Shown one piece after another: positions 51,936-61,900 of a stretch of 64,000 nucleotides of DNA. The notes below the pieces were generated by a model. It saw only the letters and a program-made list of their open reading frames with translations. It had not been told where the DNA came from and did no database searches. A program made the position numbers and the translations under genes. The stretch is from Thermodesulfobacteriota bacterium (GTDB taxonomy: Bacteria > Desulfobacterota > Binatia > Bin18). The first letter of the stretch is position 1. Every line of letters starts with the position of its first letter. The DNA lies in the NCBI GenBank assembly GCA_964291405.2, contig OZ219926.1, forward strand, positions 1,024,001 to 1,088,000, given 5' to 3'.

Positions 51936-53420
51936 ATGAACATTCCGTCCGAGCTGTACCGGCCCTCCCTGACCCTGCTGACCGACCTCTACCAGCTCAC
52001 CATGGCCTATGGCTATTGGAAGTCAGGGCTCGCCGACCGAGAATCCGTTTTTAACCTCTTCTTCCGCCAAAACCCCTTTGGGGGAAGCTTCAGCATTGCC
52101 TGCGGCCTTGAATATATGGTGGATTTTCTGCGCCATTTTCGGTTCGATGCGGACGATACGGCCTTTCTGACCGAGGTGTGCGGCGCCGACGGCAAACCCC
52201 TGTTCGACCGGGCGTTTCTTGACGCCTTGGAGTCCATGACCTTCAGTTGCCAGATCGATGCCATCCCGGAAGGCACGCTGGTTTTTCCGCCCGAGCCGCT
52301 GGTCCGCGTCCAAGGACCACTGATGCAGTGCCAGCTTATCGAGACGGCGCTGCTCAACCTGATCAACTTCCAAACGCTGGTCGCGACCAAAGCCGCCCGG
52401 ATCTGCCTGGCGACCGGCGGCGAACCCGTCCTGGAGTTCGGCCTGCGCCGCGCCCAGGGCATCGACGGGGGCCTGGCCGCCAGCCGGGCCGCGTATATTG
52501 GCGGCTGCGACGCCACCTCAAACGTGCTGGCCGGCAAGCTGTTCGGGATTCCGGTTAGAGGCACGCACGCGCATAGTTGGGTCATGGTCTTTGAGGATGA
52601 CCTGGAAGCATTCCAGACCTATGCCGAGGCCATGCCCAATAACTGCATCTTTCTGGTGGACACCTATAATACCCTGGAAGGTGTCCGGAAAGCCGCCCAG
52701 GTGGGGCAATGGCTGCGGGCTCACGGTCATGAAATGGTCGGTATCCGCCTCGATTCGGGCAACCTGGCCCAGCTCAGCATCGCAGCCCGGAACATTCTGG
52801 ACGACGCCGGCTTTCCCAACACGCGCATTGTCGGCAGCAGTGATCTGGACGAACGCCTGATCACCCAACTCAAGGAGCAGGGCAGTACGATTGATGTGTG
52901 GGGGGTGGGGACGAAACTCGTGACCGCGTACGATCAGCCCGCCCTGGGCGGGGTGTATAAGCTGACCGCGGTCCGCGCTCCGGATGGCTCGTGGCAGGAC
53001 AGAATCAAGCTGTCGGAAGAGACGGTGAAGGTGACCAATCCGGATATTCCCCAGGTTCGCCGTTACCACGCACAAAAAGGGTTTCTGTGCGACGTGATGT
53101 ATAGCAAAGAGGCTGACCTCGCAGACGGCTGCACCATGGTCGATGTGAGCGATCCGGCCGGCCGCCGCAGGATTCCGGGGGACACGGCTTTTTCCGACTT
53201 ATTGGCGCCGGTGTTCCGTCAGGGCAGAGCCGTCTACGAAAGCCCACCTCTGAGCCACATCCGCCAGCGGACTCAGGAACAGCTCACCAAGCTTCCGAGT
53301 GATATCACCCGCCTGAACCGGCCGGGACAGTATCCGGTCGGGCTTGAAGAAAGCCTGTACGAACGCAAGACCCAGCTTATCCGTCAGGCGGAGTTGGCTT
53401 CCGCTACTACAGATGCATAA
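51936..53420 (+). CDS. pncB: nicotinate phosphoribosyltransferase
   Basis: [43 protein letters not shown]. Confidence 0.97.
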   Translation: MNIPSELYRPSLTLLTDLYQLTMAYGYWKSGLADRESVFNLFFRQNPFGGSFSIACGLEYMVDFLRHFRFDADDTAFLTEVCGADGKPLFDRAFLDALESMTFSCQIDAIPEGTLVFPPEPLVRVQGPLMQCQLIETALLNLINFQTLVATKAARICLATGGEPVLEFGLRRAQGIDGGLAASRAAYIGGCDATSNVLAGKLFGIPVRGTHAHSWVMVFEDDLEAFQTYAEAMPNNCIFLVDTYNTLEGVRKAAQVGQWLRAHGHEMVGIRLDSGNLAQLSIAARNILDDAGFPNTRIVGSSDLDERLITQLKEQGSTIDVWGVGTKLVTAYDQPALGGVYKLTAVRAPDGSWQDRIKLSEETVKVTNPDIPQVRRYHAQKGFLCDVMYSKEADLADGCTMVDVSDPAGRRRIPGDTAFSDLLAPVFRQGRAVYESPPLSHIRQRTQEQLTKLPSDITRLNRPGQYPVGLEESLYERKTQLIRQAELASATTDA

Positions 53421-53445
53421 ATAGCTGACGGCATCCTCTCAGCCG

Positions 53446-54078
53446 CTACCAACTCCTTACCTCACGAGCCAGGGCACCAAATCCGGTAGGAAAGCGCTGT
53501 TCGAGGAGCTGTAAATCCTGAACGAGCCGTCGCGCCTCTTCTGTTGCACGACGGGTTTCCTGGTCCAGCGAAGGACGTGACGTTTCGTACACATCTTCTT
53601 TCAGGCTTCTCGTAGTATAGGGAAAAGGACCCGATGAAAGTCCTGCTATCCAAGCAGCCTCAGTGACATGAGGATCGAGACCACATTGATACCAGGCTTC
53701 TACTGCTGGAACGGCTATACCGACGGCAATCTTAATCTGAGGGCGCCCCTGAACGGGTCGAAGTCGGGCAAGAACCGAATCAACAGTCTGACGTATTTTG
53801 CAAAGCCTGCACCTCTCATCGACACCGCCCTCCTGCTCATGCTCCGGCTTATGCACCGGTGTCTGGTCGGAATCCACTACAATGACGAGAGCATCTGCAT
53901 CCGTTCGGTAGTGCAAGTGCTTTAGGACAGTTGGAAGGATTGTGAAAACGCCGGAGACGCCGCGTACTCGGATTGGGGGCATATCAGCCGGTTGAGTGTG
54001 GTTACCGAGAATGCCGTCAATGAGAATACGAATCGCCGCCTCGTCCGCCGGCGATTCGCTCAGGACCGCTACCCTCAT
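53446..54078 (-). CDS. TOPRIM-like protein (DUF4276/RloB-like), putative nuclease partner
   Basis: N-terminal VLSE..AD, VIVVDSD (DxD), VEAWY motif; ATGA overlap with upstream ATPase. Confidence 0.7.
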   Translation of the reverse strand: MRVAVLSESPADEAAIRILIDGILGNHTQPADMPPIRVRGVSGVFTILPTVLKHLHYRTDADALVIVVDSDQTPVHKPEHEQEGGVDERCRLCKIRQTVDSVLARLRPVQGRPQIKIAVGIAVPAVEAWYQCGLDPHVTEAAWIAGLSSGPFPYTTRSLKEDVYETSRPSLDQETRRATEEARRLVQDLQLLEQRFPTGFGALAREVRSW

Positions 54079-55121
54079 TGCTCGGCTGGCACGCCACCGA
54101 GAATACCGCTATACCAAACCTCACCCAAGGGGGCATCGTCCAGCACTTCCATAATGTGAGGCTGGTCGGACAAGCGTTGGAATGTGGCTCCATCGGCAGT
54201 CTTTTGAGCAATGACAATCTCTTCCGGATGATCTTTATAGAGGTCCAGGAAGTACGGAGAATGCGTTGTTGCAATCACTTGAACCGGCTGACGATCTTCG
54301 CCGAACTGTTTTGGGTAGCTTAACCGGTAGAGCGCCGTCTGGATGTTCCGCAAAAGGCGAGGATGGACCCCTCGTTCCGGTTCCTCTATCCCGATCAGTG
54401 GCGGAGGATCAGGGAGGTACGCCAGGGTGAGAATGGCCAGGGCCAGCACCGTCCCTTGGGACAGGTCTCTAGCCGGTATCTTATGATGGCCTTTCCGGGT
54501 GCGGAATAAGAAGGCTCGCTGTCCGGTCTCTGGCGTTTCAAAAAGGATACGATCAAATTCCGGCAGCCACCGTCCAAGTTCTTTATTTAACCCCTCAAAT
54601 CGCTCGGGGTCTTTATCTCTGAGGCTGTCCATCACACCCACAAGATTGTGTCCGTTCGGAGAAAGTTCAGGCACAGATTCAAGTTGGACGGATTGAATTA
54701 TGGCCGAAGCGTCTAACGAATAAACTCGGATTCCAGACAGTAAGGAATTCGACAAATGTTCGGAAAATTCAGATGACCTTCGACCTGAAGATGATTGAGT
54801 GTGCCGAAGGAGGTCGCTGTGGTCACAACGCCAAGGCGCAGTCGTTACCCCTTTGTCATATCGCTCGCTCCATTGGAGTCTAATTTCTACGCTCGTCCCA
54901 CCTGTCACTTTCAGACCTGCGGTGACAAACTTTTCAAAATTTGTCCGACTAGTTCGCTGCCCTTCTCGTTCCCGGAGTGCTCGTTCCTTGACCGCTAAAA
55001 GGGCCTGCAAAGCCGTACTCTTGCCACTCCCGTTCGGTCCGACAATTAAAGTAAAAGGCGAAAGGGGAAGTGTCGCGTTTCGTAATACTTTGAAATTCTG
55101 AAATTGGATTGAGTCAAGCAT
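54075..55121 (-). CDS. ABC-type (AAA_15/AAA_21) ATPase
   Basis: Walker A GPNGSGKS, signature LSQG, Walker B IGIEEPE, H-loop TTHS; no TM partner. Confidence 0.92.
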   Translation of the reverse strand: MLDSIQFQNFKVLRNATLPLSPFTLIVGPNGSGKSTALQALLAVKERALREREGQRTSRTNFEKFVTAGLKVTGGTSVEIRLQWSERYDKGVTTAPWRCDHSDLLRHTQSSSGRRSSEFSEHLSNSLLSGIRVYSLDASAIIQSVQLESVPELSPNGHNLVGVMDSLRDKDPERFEGLNKELGRWLPEFDRILFETPETGQRAFLFRTRKGHHKIPARDLSQGTVLALAILTLAYLPDPPPLIGIEEPERGVHPRLLRNIQTALYRLSYPKQFGEDRQPVQVIATTHSPYFLDLYKDHPEEIVIAQKTADGATFQRLSDQPHIMEVLDDAPLGEVWYSGILGGVPAEQ

Positions 55122-55342
55122 ACGAACCGCCTTCGGGCTCTTAGGGAGAAGGGATGGACGAATGATAAAATAATGTCTGTTTCCAGCTTGATATGCAACT
55201 CTTGGTACTGTCCTAAGTTGGGGTCTTTGGGGCGGCTGCATTATCGCTGCAGTTCGTCAAGACATCCCTTCCACCTGAGGTGACCTGAGTCTGGTAATTT
55301 GCAGGCCTCCATGCCATGTTCTCTTGCAGACAGGAGGGAACG

Positions 55343-56122
55343 ATGGAACTGCAAGATATCCTGTATGAAAAGCGTGGCCCTGCGGCCTGGATTACTCTCA
55401 ATCGTCCGACCGTGCTGAACGCGCTCTCGCCCGCACTGGTCCGGAGCCTCAGGCAGGCCTGTACCGACGCGCAAGCGGATACCCAGGTGCGGGCGGTTGT
55501 CTTCACCGGTGCGGGTCGGGGATTTTGCGCCGGCGCCGACATCAGCACCATGGAGCACACGCGTCTGGATGACTTCCGGACATTTCTCAACGAGTTGGCT
55601 ACGACGTGGTCGTTGATCCGCACCCTCCCCAAGCCAACCATCGCGGCCATCAACGGCGTGGTTGTGGGCGCGGGCTTCGAGCTGACCCTGGTGTGCGATT
55701 TCCGCATTGCCGCAAGCACCGCCCGTATCGGTTCGGCCGAGGTCAATATCAACCAGCCTATGACCAACGGCTCTACGCATATTCTGCCCCGCCTGGTTGG
55801 CGAGACCAAGGCCAAGGAACTCGGCATGACGGGCAATATCATCGAGGCCGCCGAAGCCGAGCGGATCGGGCTGCTCAACGCCTGCGTACAACCGGACGCG
55901 CTCGAAGAACATGTCCGCACCCTGGTCGATACCCTGGTCAGCCGCGGGCCGATTGCCGTCTCCCAGGTCAAACAGTGCTTCGCCCGCAACCGGGACGTTG
56001 ACATCGAGACGGCGATCATGGGCGAGAATGAAGCCGCGACCGAGTGCTTTTTATCGGCCGACCAGCAGGAGGGCTTGCGCGCCTTTCGTGAAAAACGCGC
56101 TCCCAACTGGTCAGGGACATAA
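55343..56122 (+). CDS. enoyl-CoA hydratase/isomerase family protein
   Basis: ITLNRP..LNA, FCAGAD, GAGFEL, EGLRAFREKRAP. Confidence 0.93.
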   Translation: MELQDILYEKRGPAAWITLNRPTVLNALSPALVRSLRQACTDAQADTQVRAVVFTGAGRGFCAGADISTMEHTRLDDFRTFLNELATTWSLIRTLPKPTIAAINGVVVGAGFELTLVCDFRIAASTARIGSAEVNINQPMTNGSTHILPRLVGETKAKELGMTGNIIEAAEAERIGLLNACVQPDALEEHVRTLVDTLVSRGPIAVSQVKQCFARNRDVDIETAIMGENEAATECFLSADQQEGLRAFREKRAPNWSGT

Positions 56123-56153
56123 GGGCTGCACGGAGAGCAAAAGGAGACTAAAA

Positions 56154-56600
56154 ATGAAAGTTCGCAACACCTCCCATATTGCCATTGGGGTCAGCAATAT
56201 GGAGCAGTCGCTCACATTTTACCGCGATATATTGGGACTGCGGGTCACCCTGGACGATCCGCAGGAGAATCCGGGCGGGGCGCTGGCCAAGCCGCGCCAC
56301 GGGGTGTATCTGCGTTGGGACGACGGGCCGGACGCCACTTTTATCGTCCTGTCGGAGAACCAGCCGGTTTCCGGTGGGGCGCTCAGTCTCAATCAGGTTG
56401 GCATTCACCATTTTGCTTTTTGGGTGGACGACCTCGAAGATACGTTTGCAAAAGTCCGGGCTGCCGGGGTGCCGATCGTTATGCCGCCCACCACCTTTGA
56501 TAGTGTGGCCTATGGCGAAGAACCGGGCGGACAGGTGCTGACCACATTATTCAAAGATCCCGACGGCATCGTGGTGCAGCTCGACCAGCGGGTGGCGTAA
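56154..56600 (+). CDS. VOC/glyoxalase family protein
   Basis: HIAIGVSNMEQSLTFYRDILG, HHFAF, FKDPDG; AAGGAG RBS. Confidence 0.9.
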   Translation: MKVRNTSHIAIGVSNMEQSLTFYRDILGLRVTLDDPQENPGGALAKPRHGVYLRWDDGPDATFIVLSENQPVSGGALSLNQVGIHHFAFWVDDLEDTFAKVRAAGVPIVMPPTTFDSVAYGEEPGGQVLTTLFKDPDGIVVQLDQRVA

Positions 56601-56637
56601 ACGCAGAGTAATAACGCAACACCCTTTGGATAATCCC

Positions 56638-57255
56638 ATGTCCGGCTTCTCCGTACAGCCCCAGCGTCGCTCCCTCCGCTTACCGGGATACAACTACAGC
56701 AGTTCGGGGATGTACTTCCTGACGATTTGTACCGGGAAAAGAGCAGCGCTATTCGGAAGAGTCGATAAAGGAAAGATGGTTGAAAACGTATGCGGGCAAA
56801 TAGTGCGCTCCTGTTGGGAAGAGCTGGCATTTCGGGTTGAGCATATTCAGACTGATGCATTCGTTATCATGCCGAACCATATCCACGGCATTCTCGTTAT
56901 CCTCGGTAATGCCGCTATAAAGCCTGACGTAGGGGCAATTCATGAATTGCCCCTACAACCGACCAGGGCGCGCCGTCAGATGTTACTCCCCAAGGTCATC
57001 GGGCGTTTCAAGATGAACTCTTCCAAGTGTATCAACAAACTTCGTCATACCTCCGGCTCTTCCGTCTGGCAACGCAACTACTATGAGCACGTTATCCGCA
57101 ACGATGAGGCTCTCACAAGAATACGAGGGTATATACAAACAAATCCTCTCCGCTGGGAACTCGACCGGGAGAATCCCGAGCGGTGCGGCACAGACGACTT
57201 TGACCGTTGGTTATGGAAAGAAGGGGGTATAAATCATGGCACTGGGACAGAATAA
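56638..57255 (+). mobile_element. REP-associated tyrosine transposase (RAYT, Y1 HUH family)
   Basis: RRSLRL..YNY....YFLTICT, MPNHIHG (HUH), WQRNYYEHVIR, YIQTNP (catalytic Tyr). Confidence 0.92.
56929..56956. repeat. REP palindrome inside the RAYT coding sequence
   Basis: GTAGGGGCAATTCATGAATTGCCCCTAC in frame, encoding VGAIHELPL. Confidence 0.92.
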
Positions 57256-58222
57256 GGTCGAATACGAGGTCATCGAAGGCTGGGAACACCTGCCCGAAGG
57301 CTGGTCGTTTGTTGAGGTTGCCGGGGTCGCGACCGACTCACAGGACCGGGTGTATGCCTTCAACCGGGGCGAGCATCCTATGATCGTGTTTGACCGGGAC
57401 GGCACGTTTCTAAACGCCTGGGGAGAAGATGTCTTTACCAACGCCCACGGCATTTTTATTGGTCCTGATGACACCATCTATTGTGCCGACAACTTCGACC
57501 ATACGGTCCGTCTCTTCACCCCGGACGGTACGCTCATCAAAACGCTGGGCGAAAAAGACAAGCCCGCGGAGACCGGCTTTCAGGCCTGGACCACGCCGGT
57601 CCAACAATCCGCCGGTCCGTTCAATATGGTCACCAATGTTGCTCTCTCGCCCCAGGGCGATATGTATATCGCCGATGGCTACGGCAACGCGCGGGTACAT
57701 AAATTCTCGGCCGCTGGCGAACTCCAGTTCTCCTGGGGAGAGCCCGGCAGCGGTCCCGGACAGTTCAAAATACCCCACGCGATTGCCGTTGACCGGCGCG
57801 GACGGGTGTATGTCGCCGACCGGGAGAACTCGCGTATTCAGATTTTTACCGGTGACGGCGACTATGTCACCGAGTGGACGCATGTGAATCGGCCGGACGA
57901 TCTGTATATCGACGAGGACGAAAATCTCTTTGTCGCCGAGCTGGGATTCAAAGTCGCGTCCATGCCGAATAATATGGGGGCCGCGGTACCGCCGCACGAA
58001 CCACCCTCGTGTGTGACCGTGCTCACCCTGGACGGGGAGGTCCAACACCGTTTTGGTGAACATGGTTTGGAGCCGGGCAATTTCTATGCGCCGCACGGTA
58101 TCTGGGCCGACTCGCGAGGCGATCTCTACGTGAGCGAAGTGAACTATAGCGCCGGGGGGAGACAGGGATTGATTCCCCTTGACGGTCATGTGCTGCAAAA
58201 ATTCGTTCGCCTCCACAAATAA
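57236..58222 (+). CDS. NHL-repeat beta-propeller (peptidyl-alpha-hydroxyglycine lyase-like)
   Basis: ADGYGNARVHKF, PHAIAVD..GRVYVADRENSRIQIF repeats. Confidence 0.9.
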   Translation: MALGQNKVEYEVIEGWEHLPEGWSFVEVAGVATDSQDRVYAFNRGEHPMIVFDRDGTFLNAWGEDVFTNAHGIFIGPDDTIYCADNFDHTVRLFTPDGTLIKTLGEKDKPAETGFQAWTTPVQQSAGPFNMVTNVALSPQGDMYIADGYGNARVHKFSAAGELQFSWGEPGSGPGQFKIPHAIAVDRRGRVYVADRENSRIQIFTGDGDYVTEWTHVNRPDDLYIDEDENLFVAELGFKVASMPNNMGAAVPPHEPPSCVTVLTLDGEVQHRFGEHGLEPGNFYAPHGIWADSRGDLYVSEVNYSAGGRQGLIPLDGHVLQKFVRLHK

Positions 58223-58243
58223 GCGCCGCCCGGAGACAGAGGC

Positions 58244-59194
58244 ATGGTACGCGTTGCCGTCCTGGACGATTATCAGGACGTGGCTCGAAAGATGACGGAC
58301 TGGAGCGTACTGCCGGAGGACGTTGAGGTCGCGGTGTTCCGCGATCACCTGACGGACCAGGCTGCCGTGGTCGAGCGTCTCAAGGACTTCGACATCGTCA
58401 TGGCCATGCGGGAACGGACGCCCTTCCCGCGTACGCTGCTGGAGCAGCTTCCACAACTGCGACTATTGACCACAACGGGTATGCGCAACGCCGCCATCGA
58501 CATGCAGGCCGCTTCGGACTGCAACGTCCTGGTATGCGGAACCGGCGGCATCCTGTATCCGACTGCCGAGCTTACCTGGGGTCTGATTTTATCGCTCCTG
58601 CGTCATATTCCGGATGAAGACCAGGCCACCCGAGCGGGACGCTGGCAGGTCAGCATGGGGCTGGGGCTGCATGGCAAAACACTTGGGCTGATGGGGCTGG
58701 GACGGTTGGGGTCAGAGGTGGCCAGAGTCGGCAATGCCTTTCAGATGGACGTTATTGCCTGGAGCCAAAATCTGACCGCCGAGCGCGCGGCTGAGTGCGG
58801 CGCGACCCTGGTGAGCAAAGACGAACTCCTGGCCCGCGCCGACATTCTTTCGATTCATCTGGTTCTGAGCGCGCGGTCACGGGGTCTCATCGGACACCAG
58901 GAACTCAACCGGATGAAGCCCACGGCCTATTTGATTAACACCTCGCGGGGACCGATTGTCAATGAGGCAGCGCTCATCGCGGCCCTCCGCGATGGGACGA
59001 TCGCAGGTGCAGGGTTGGACGTGTTTGATGAGGAGCCACTGCCGCTGGACCATCCGCTGCGGCGGGCGGTAAACACCATCATCACGCCCCATATCGGCTA
59101 TGTGACAGAGGAGACGTATCAGGTGTTCTTTGACGAGACGGTAGAGAACATTCAGGCATTTTTGCAGGGGGCTCCCGTGCGGGTGTTGAGTTAA
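58244..59194 (+). CDS. D-2-hydroxyacid dehydrogenase family protein
   Basis: GLGRLG, INTSRG, LDVFDEEP, TPHIG. Confidence 0.93.
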   Translation: MVRVAVLDDYQDVARKMTDWSVLPEDVEVAVFRDHLTDQAAVVERLKDFDIVMAMRERTPFPRTLLEQLPQLRLLTTTGMRNAAIDMQAASDCNVLVCGTGGILYPTAELTWGLILSLLRHIPDEDQATRAGRWQVSMGLGLHGKTLGLMGLGRLGSEVARVGNAFQMDVIAWSQNLTAERAAECGATLVSKDELLARADILSIHLVLSARSRGLIGHQELNRMKPTAYLINTSRGPIVNEAALIAALRDGTIAGAGLDVFDEEPLPLDHPLRRAVNTIITPHIGYVTEETYQVFFDETVENIQAFLQGAPVRVLS

Positions 59195-59240
59195 GCCTGC
59201 CCACAATGACCGACCGATAAAAACGCTGAGGACTGGTATT

Positions 59241-60092
59241 TCACGCCAATCGTTGGGCAATCTCGGCGTATGTGTCCAAGAAGGGCAGAATCACCTCGCG
59301 GCCTTCGGTTGGAATACGCACTGCGGTCCTGACGGCTCCCATATCCCGGTAGCGCTCCAGACGCTGCTCGTCCGGGGTGTCGATACAGAAGAACGAGATG
59401 GGGATGGACCCTGGAGCGCGCCCGGCTTTTTCCGCACGCTCGTTCAGGTCGGCCAGGGCGGCCGGCCAGTCGTCAATCAGGGTCTCGATGGGCAGCCAGC
59501 CGTCGCAGTGATCGACCACGCGCTGTCGGCCCAGCTTGGAACTCATGCTGCCCAGAATGATGGGCGGGTGCGGTACGGTCAGCGGCTTGGGATAGGACCA
59601 GACCCGGTCGAAGTTCACGAACTCGCCGTGATAGGAGGCTTCTTCCTGCGTCCACAGGGCTTGCATGGCCTCAATATGCTCTTTGAAGACCTGCCAGCGC
59701 CGATTGGGCGGGGTGCCGTGGTTCTGCATTTCTTCCCGAATCCAGCCGGCACCCACGCCGAACAGGAAACGGCCGTTGGAGATGCGGTCCAGGGTCGCCA
59801 CCTGCTTGGCCTGGTAGAGAGGCTCGTGCTCGATGATCAGCGAGACACCGGTGCCCAACAGGATTTTCTCGGTCACGGCCGCGGCCGCGGCCAGGGTTGA
59901 GAACGGGTCGGACATGTGGATGTATTCCTTGGGCAGCGGGCCGCCAGCCGGCCAGGGGGTTTCCCGGCTGGCCGGAATGTGGGTGTGTTCGGGCACCCAC
60001 AGGGACTCAAAGCCGCGTTCCTCGCAGGCGACGGCCAACTCTGCCGCCGACATGGTGTATTCGGTATTGAAACTGAAAATACCAAGCTTCAT
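59241..60092 (-). CDS. LLM-class, probable F420-dependent oxidoreductase (Rv2161c-like)
   Basis: EHTHIP, DPF..LAAAAAVT, GRFLFGVGAGW..EE. Confidence 0.9.
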   Translation of the reverse strand: MKLGIFSFNTEYTMSAAELAVACEERGFESLWVPEHTHIPASRETPWPAGGPLPKEYIHMSDPFSTLAAAAAVTEKILLGTGVSLIIEHEPLYQAKQVATLDRISNGRFLFGVGAGWIREEMQNHGTPPNRRWQVFKEHIEAMQALWTQEEASYHGEFVNFDRVWSYPKPLTVPHPPIILGSMSSKLGRQRVVDHCDGWLPIETLIDDWPAALADLNERAEKAGRAPGSIPISFFCIDTPDEQRLERYRDMGAVRTAVRIPTEGREVILPFLDTYAEIAQRLA

Positions 60093-60120
60093 GCGTCCGC
60101 TCCTTCCGGGTCAAAAGGGA

Positions 60121-60528
60121 TCAAACGAATTCGAGGTCCCGGTCCATGGCTGTGGTAGAGCGGTAATAACACGTCTGCCGGGCCTGACCGGTGGCGTCTT
60201 TGGTATGACACACTCCGCCTTTGCGGGGGATGACGCGGTACAACACGGAGTTCTGTTCGCAGTTGACGCGGACATCAACCAGATCGAGCACATCGCCTGA
60301 GGTTGCGCCCTTGCGCCATAACTCGTTGCGCGAGGTGGACCACAGCACGGCCTGTCGGGTTGCGAATGTTTCCTTAAGTGCCAGGTCGTTCGCATAGCCG
60401 ATAAACAAAACCTCGCCGTTCTCGGCGTGTTGCAACACGACCGGGATGACATCCTGGTCGGTTTCCGCGACCTTGCGCAGCTTCTTAAAATCGAGAGTGA
60501 GTGCCTTGCCTTCTTCAAGGGTATTCAT
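60121..60528 (-). CDS. hisI: phosphoribosyl-AMP cyclohydrolase-like protein (variant metal motif)
   Basis: WSTSRNELWRKGATSG, NCEQN, VCHT...TCYYR. Confidence 0.8.
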   Translation of the reverse strand: MNTLEEGKALTLDFKKLRKVAETDQDVIPVVLQHAENGEVLFIGYANDLALKETFATRQAVLWSTSRNELWRKGATSGDVLDLVDVRVNCEQNSVLYRVIPRKGGVCHTKDATGQARQTCYYRSTTAMDRDLEFV

Positions 60529-60544
60529 GCGGGGACACCTCTTC

Positions 60545-61066
60545 CTAATAGCCTGCGTCTTCGTACGGTCCCAGACCGCGTTTATAGATCAGGAGTTTCC
60601 GCTCGAACGAGCAGACTTCCTGGCCGTCCTGATTGATCGCGCGGGTGCGGACGTGTAGCACGGCCTGCGCCGGACGGGAGCGCGATTCGCGCTTGTCGAG
60701 CAGTTCGGACTCGGCATAAATCGTATCGCCGGCTTTCACCGGAGTCGGCAGTGTGACATCAGTCCAGCCGAGGTTGGCCACGACCTTATTGAAGGTTTTC
60801 GTTGTCATGGCGGTGACCGCACTCAACACCAGGGTTTCGCTGATGACGTTTTCTCCGCCATAGACCTGGTGATTATACTCCGTGTCAGCGGTACGGGCGG
60901 AGAGGTCGGCAGACCGAAAAGTATGTTGCCGATTGTCCTCAGCTGTGAACGTTCGTCCCGGTCGGTGTTCAAAAACCTGACCGACTTCAAAGTCTTCAAA
61001 CTCGATGCCCGCGATCTCCATGAAAACGTTTTCTTCAAGTTTTCGGTGCGAATGAAACTGACTCAT
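60545..61066 (-). CDS. MaoC-family (hot-dog) dehydratase-like protein
   Basis: FEDFEVGQVFEHRPGRT, ANLGW, GDTIYAESE, KRESRSRP. Confidence 0.88.
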   Translation of the reverse strand: MSQFHSHRKLEENVFMEIAGIEFEDFEVGQVFEHRPGRTFTAEDNRQHTFRSADLSARTADTEYNHQVYGGENVISETLVLSAVTAMTTKTFNKVVANLGWTDVTLPTPVKAGDTIYAESELLDKRESRSRPAQAVLHVRTRAINQDGQEVCSFERKLLIYKRGLGPYEDAGY

Positions 61067-61083
61067 AGCGGTTTACCTTCGGT

Positions 61084-61611
61084 CTAGTAATTGACGGCTT
61101 CAAAGGGCACGGCGTCACGTTTATACACCAGCAGGTCATAGCCCATCACGCACACCAGCTTGCCGTCTTGATTGATACCTCTGGTTTCGACCGTGAGCTT
61201 GCCACACGCGGCATCGCTCTCAACCTCCTCCTTGCCGGTAATCTCGGTCTCGGCGTAGAGCGTGTCTCCGCCAAAGACAGGGGCCGTCATATTGAGCGCA
61301 GACCAGCCGAGGATGCGCGTTTTCTTGAAAAATGTTTTCCAGGTCATGCCGATCAGACGTTGCAGGGTCAGCGTGCTGACGACCAGGGGTTTTTTCCACT
61401 CGGTCTTGGAGGCGTAGTGTGCATCAAAATGGATCATGGCCTGATTGAGCGTATCAAATGATTCTTCGAGGTTGTCCTGTTGGGTAATCGTCAAACCGGG
61501 CCGATGTTTGAAAATCTGGCCAACCTGAAAGTCTTCAAAGTCGAGTCCGTAGCGTTCTCGAAACCGCTTCTCCCCAACCTGTATATGTGACGTATAGGCG
61601 AATTCAGCCAT
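61084..61611 (-). CDS. MaoC-family (hot-dog) dehydratase
   Basis: GLDFEDFQVGQIFKHRPG, DN...LNQAMIHFD, GDTLYAETE. Confidence 0.88.
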   Translation of the reverse strand: MAEFAYTSHIQVGEKRFRERYGLDFEDFQVGQIFKHRPGLTITQQDNLEESFDTLNQAMIHFDAHYASKTEWKKPLVVSTLTLQRLIGMTWKTFFKKTRILGWSALNMTAPVFGGDTLYAETEITGKEEVESDAACGKLTVETRGINQDGKLVCVMGYDLLVYKRDAVPFEAVNY

Positions 61612-61900
61612 ACCAATACACTCCAATCTTCACGCTTCTCGCAGGTCGGTTAGCCTACCAGGAATCGGGTCGCTCGGGTAGGGTCTGCGCTGTCCCGGAC
61701 GGTCGTATGGCGCCCTGCCCGGCTGACAAACGGGGCTAATACCGTGGACGGGAGCAGGCGAACTGGTACGAAGCGGCGTACGGGCAAGCTGCCTGAACGC
61801 CAGTTATCCTATTACGGTATGTCGCAGTGTAGGTAGCGGAGGGTGGCGGTATACCCAGAAGGAGGCGGCGGATTATGCAAGGCTCATCCGGCCGACGAGG

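Noticed and set aside
53922-53931. TTAGGACAGT as the inverted partner of the motif at 55208
   Set aside because: Lies inside an intact coding sequence, not at the islet border; likely chance.
61640-61815. ZTP (pfl) riboswitch upstream of the maoC-hisI operon, suggested by TAACTGGCG on the minus strand
   Set aside because: The downstream CGCCTGGG pseudoknot partner and P2 pattern are not convincingly present; needs an Infernal scan.
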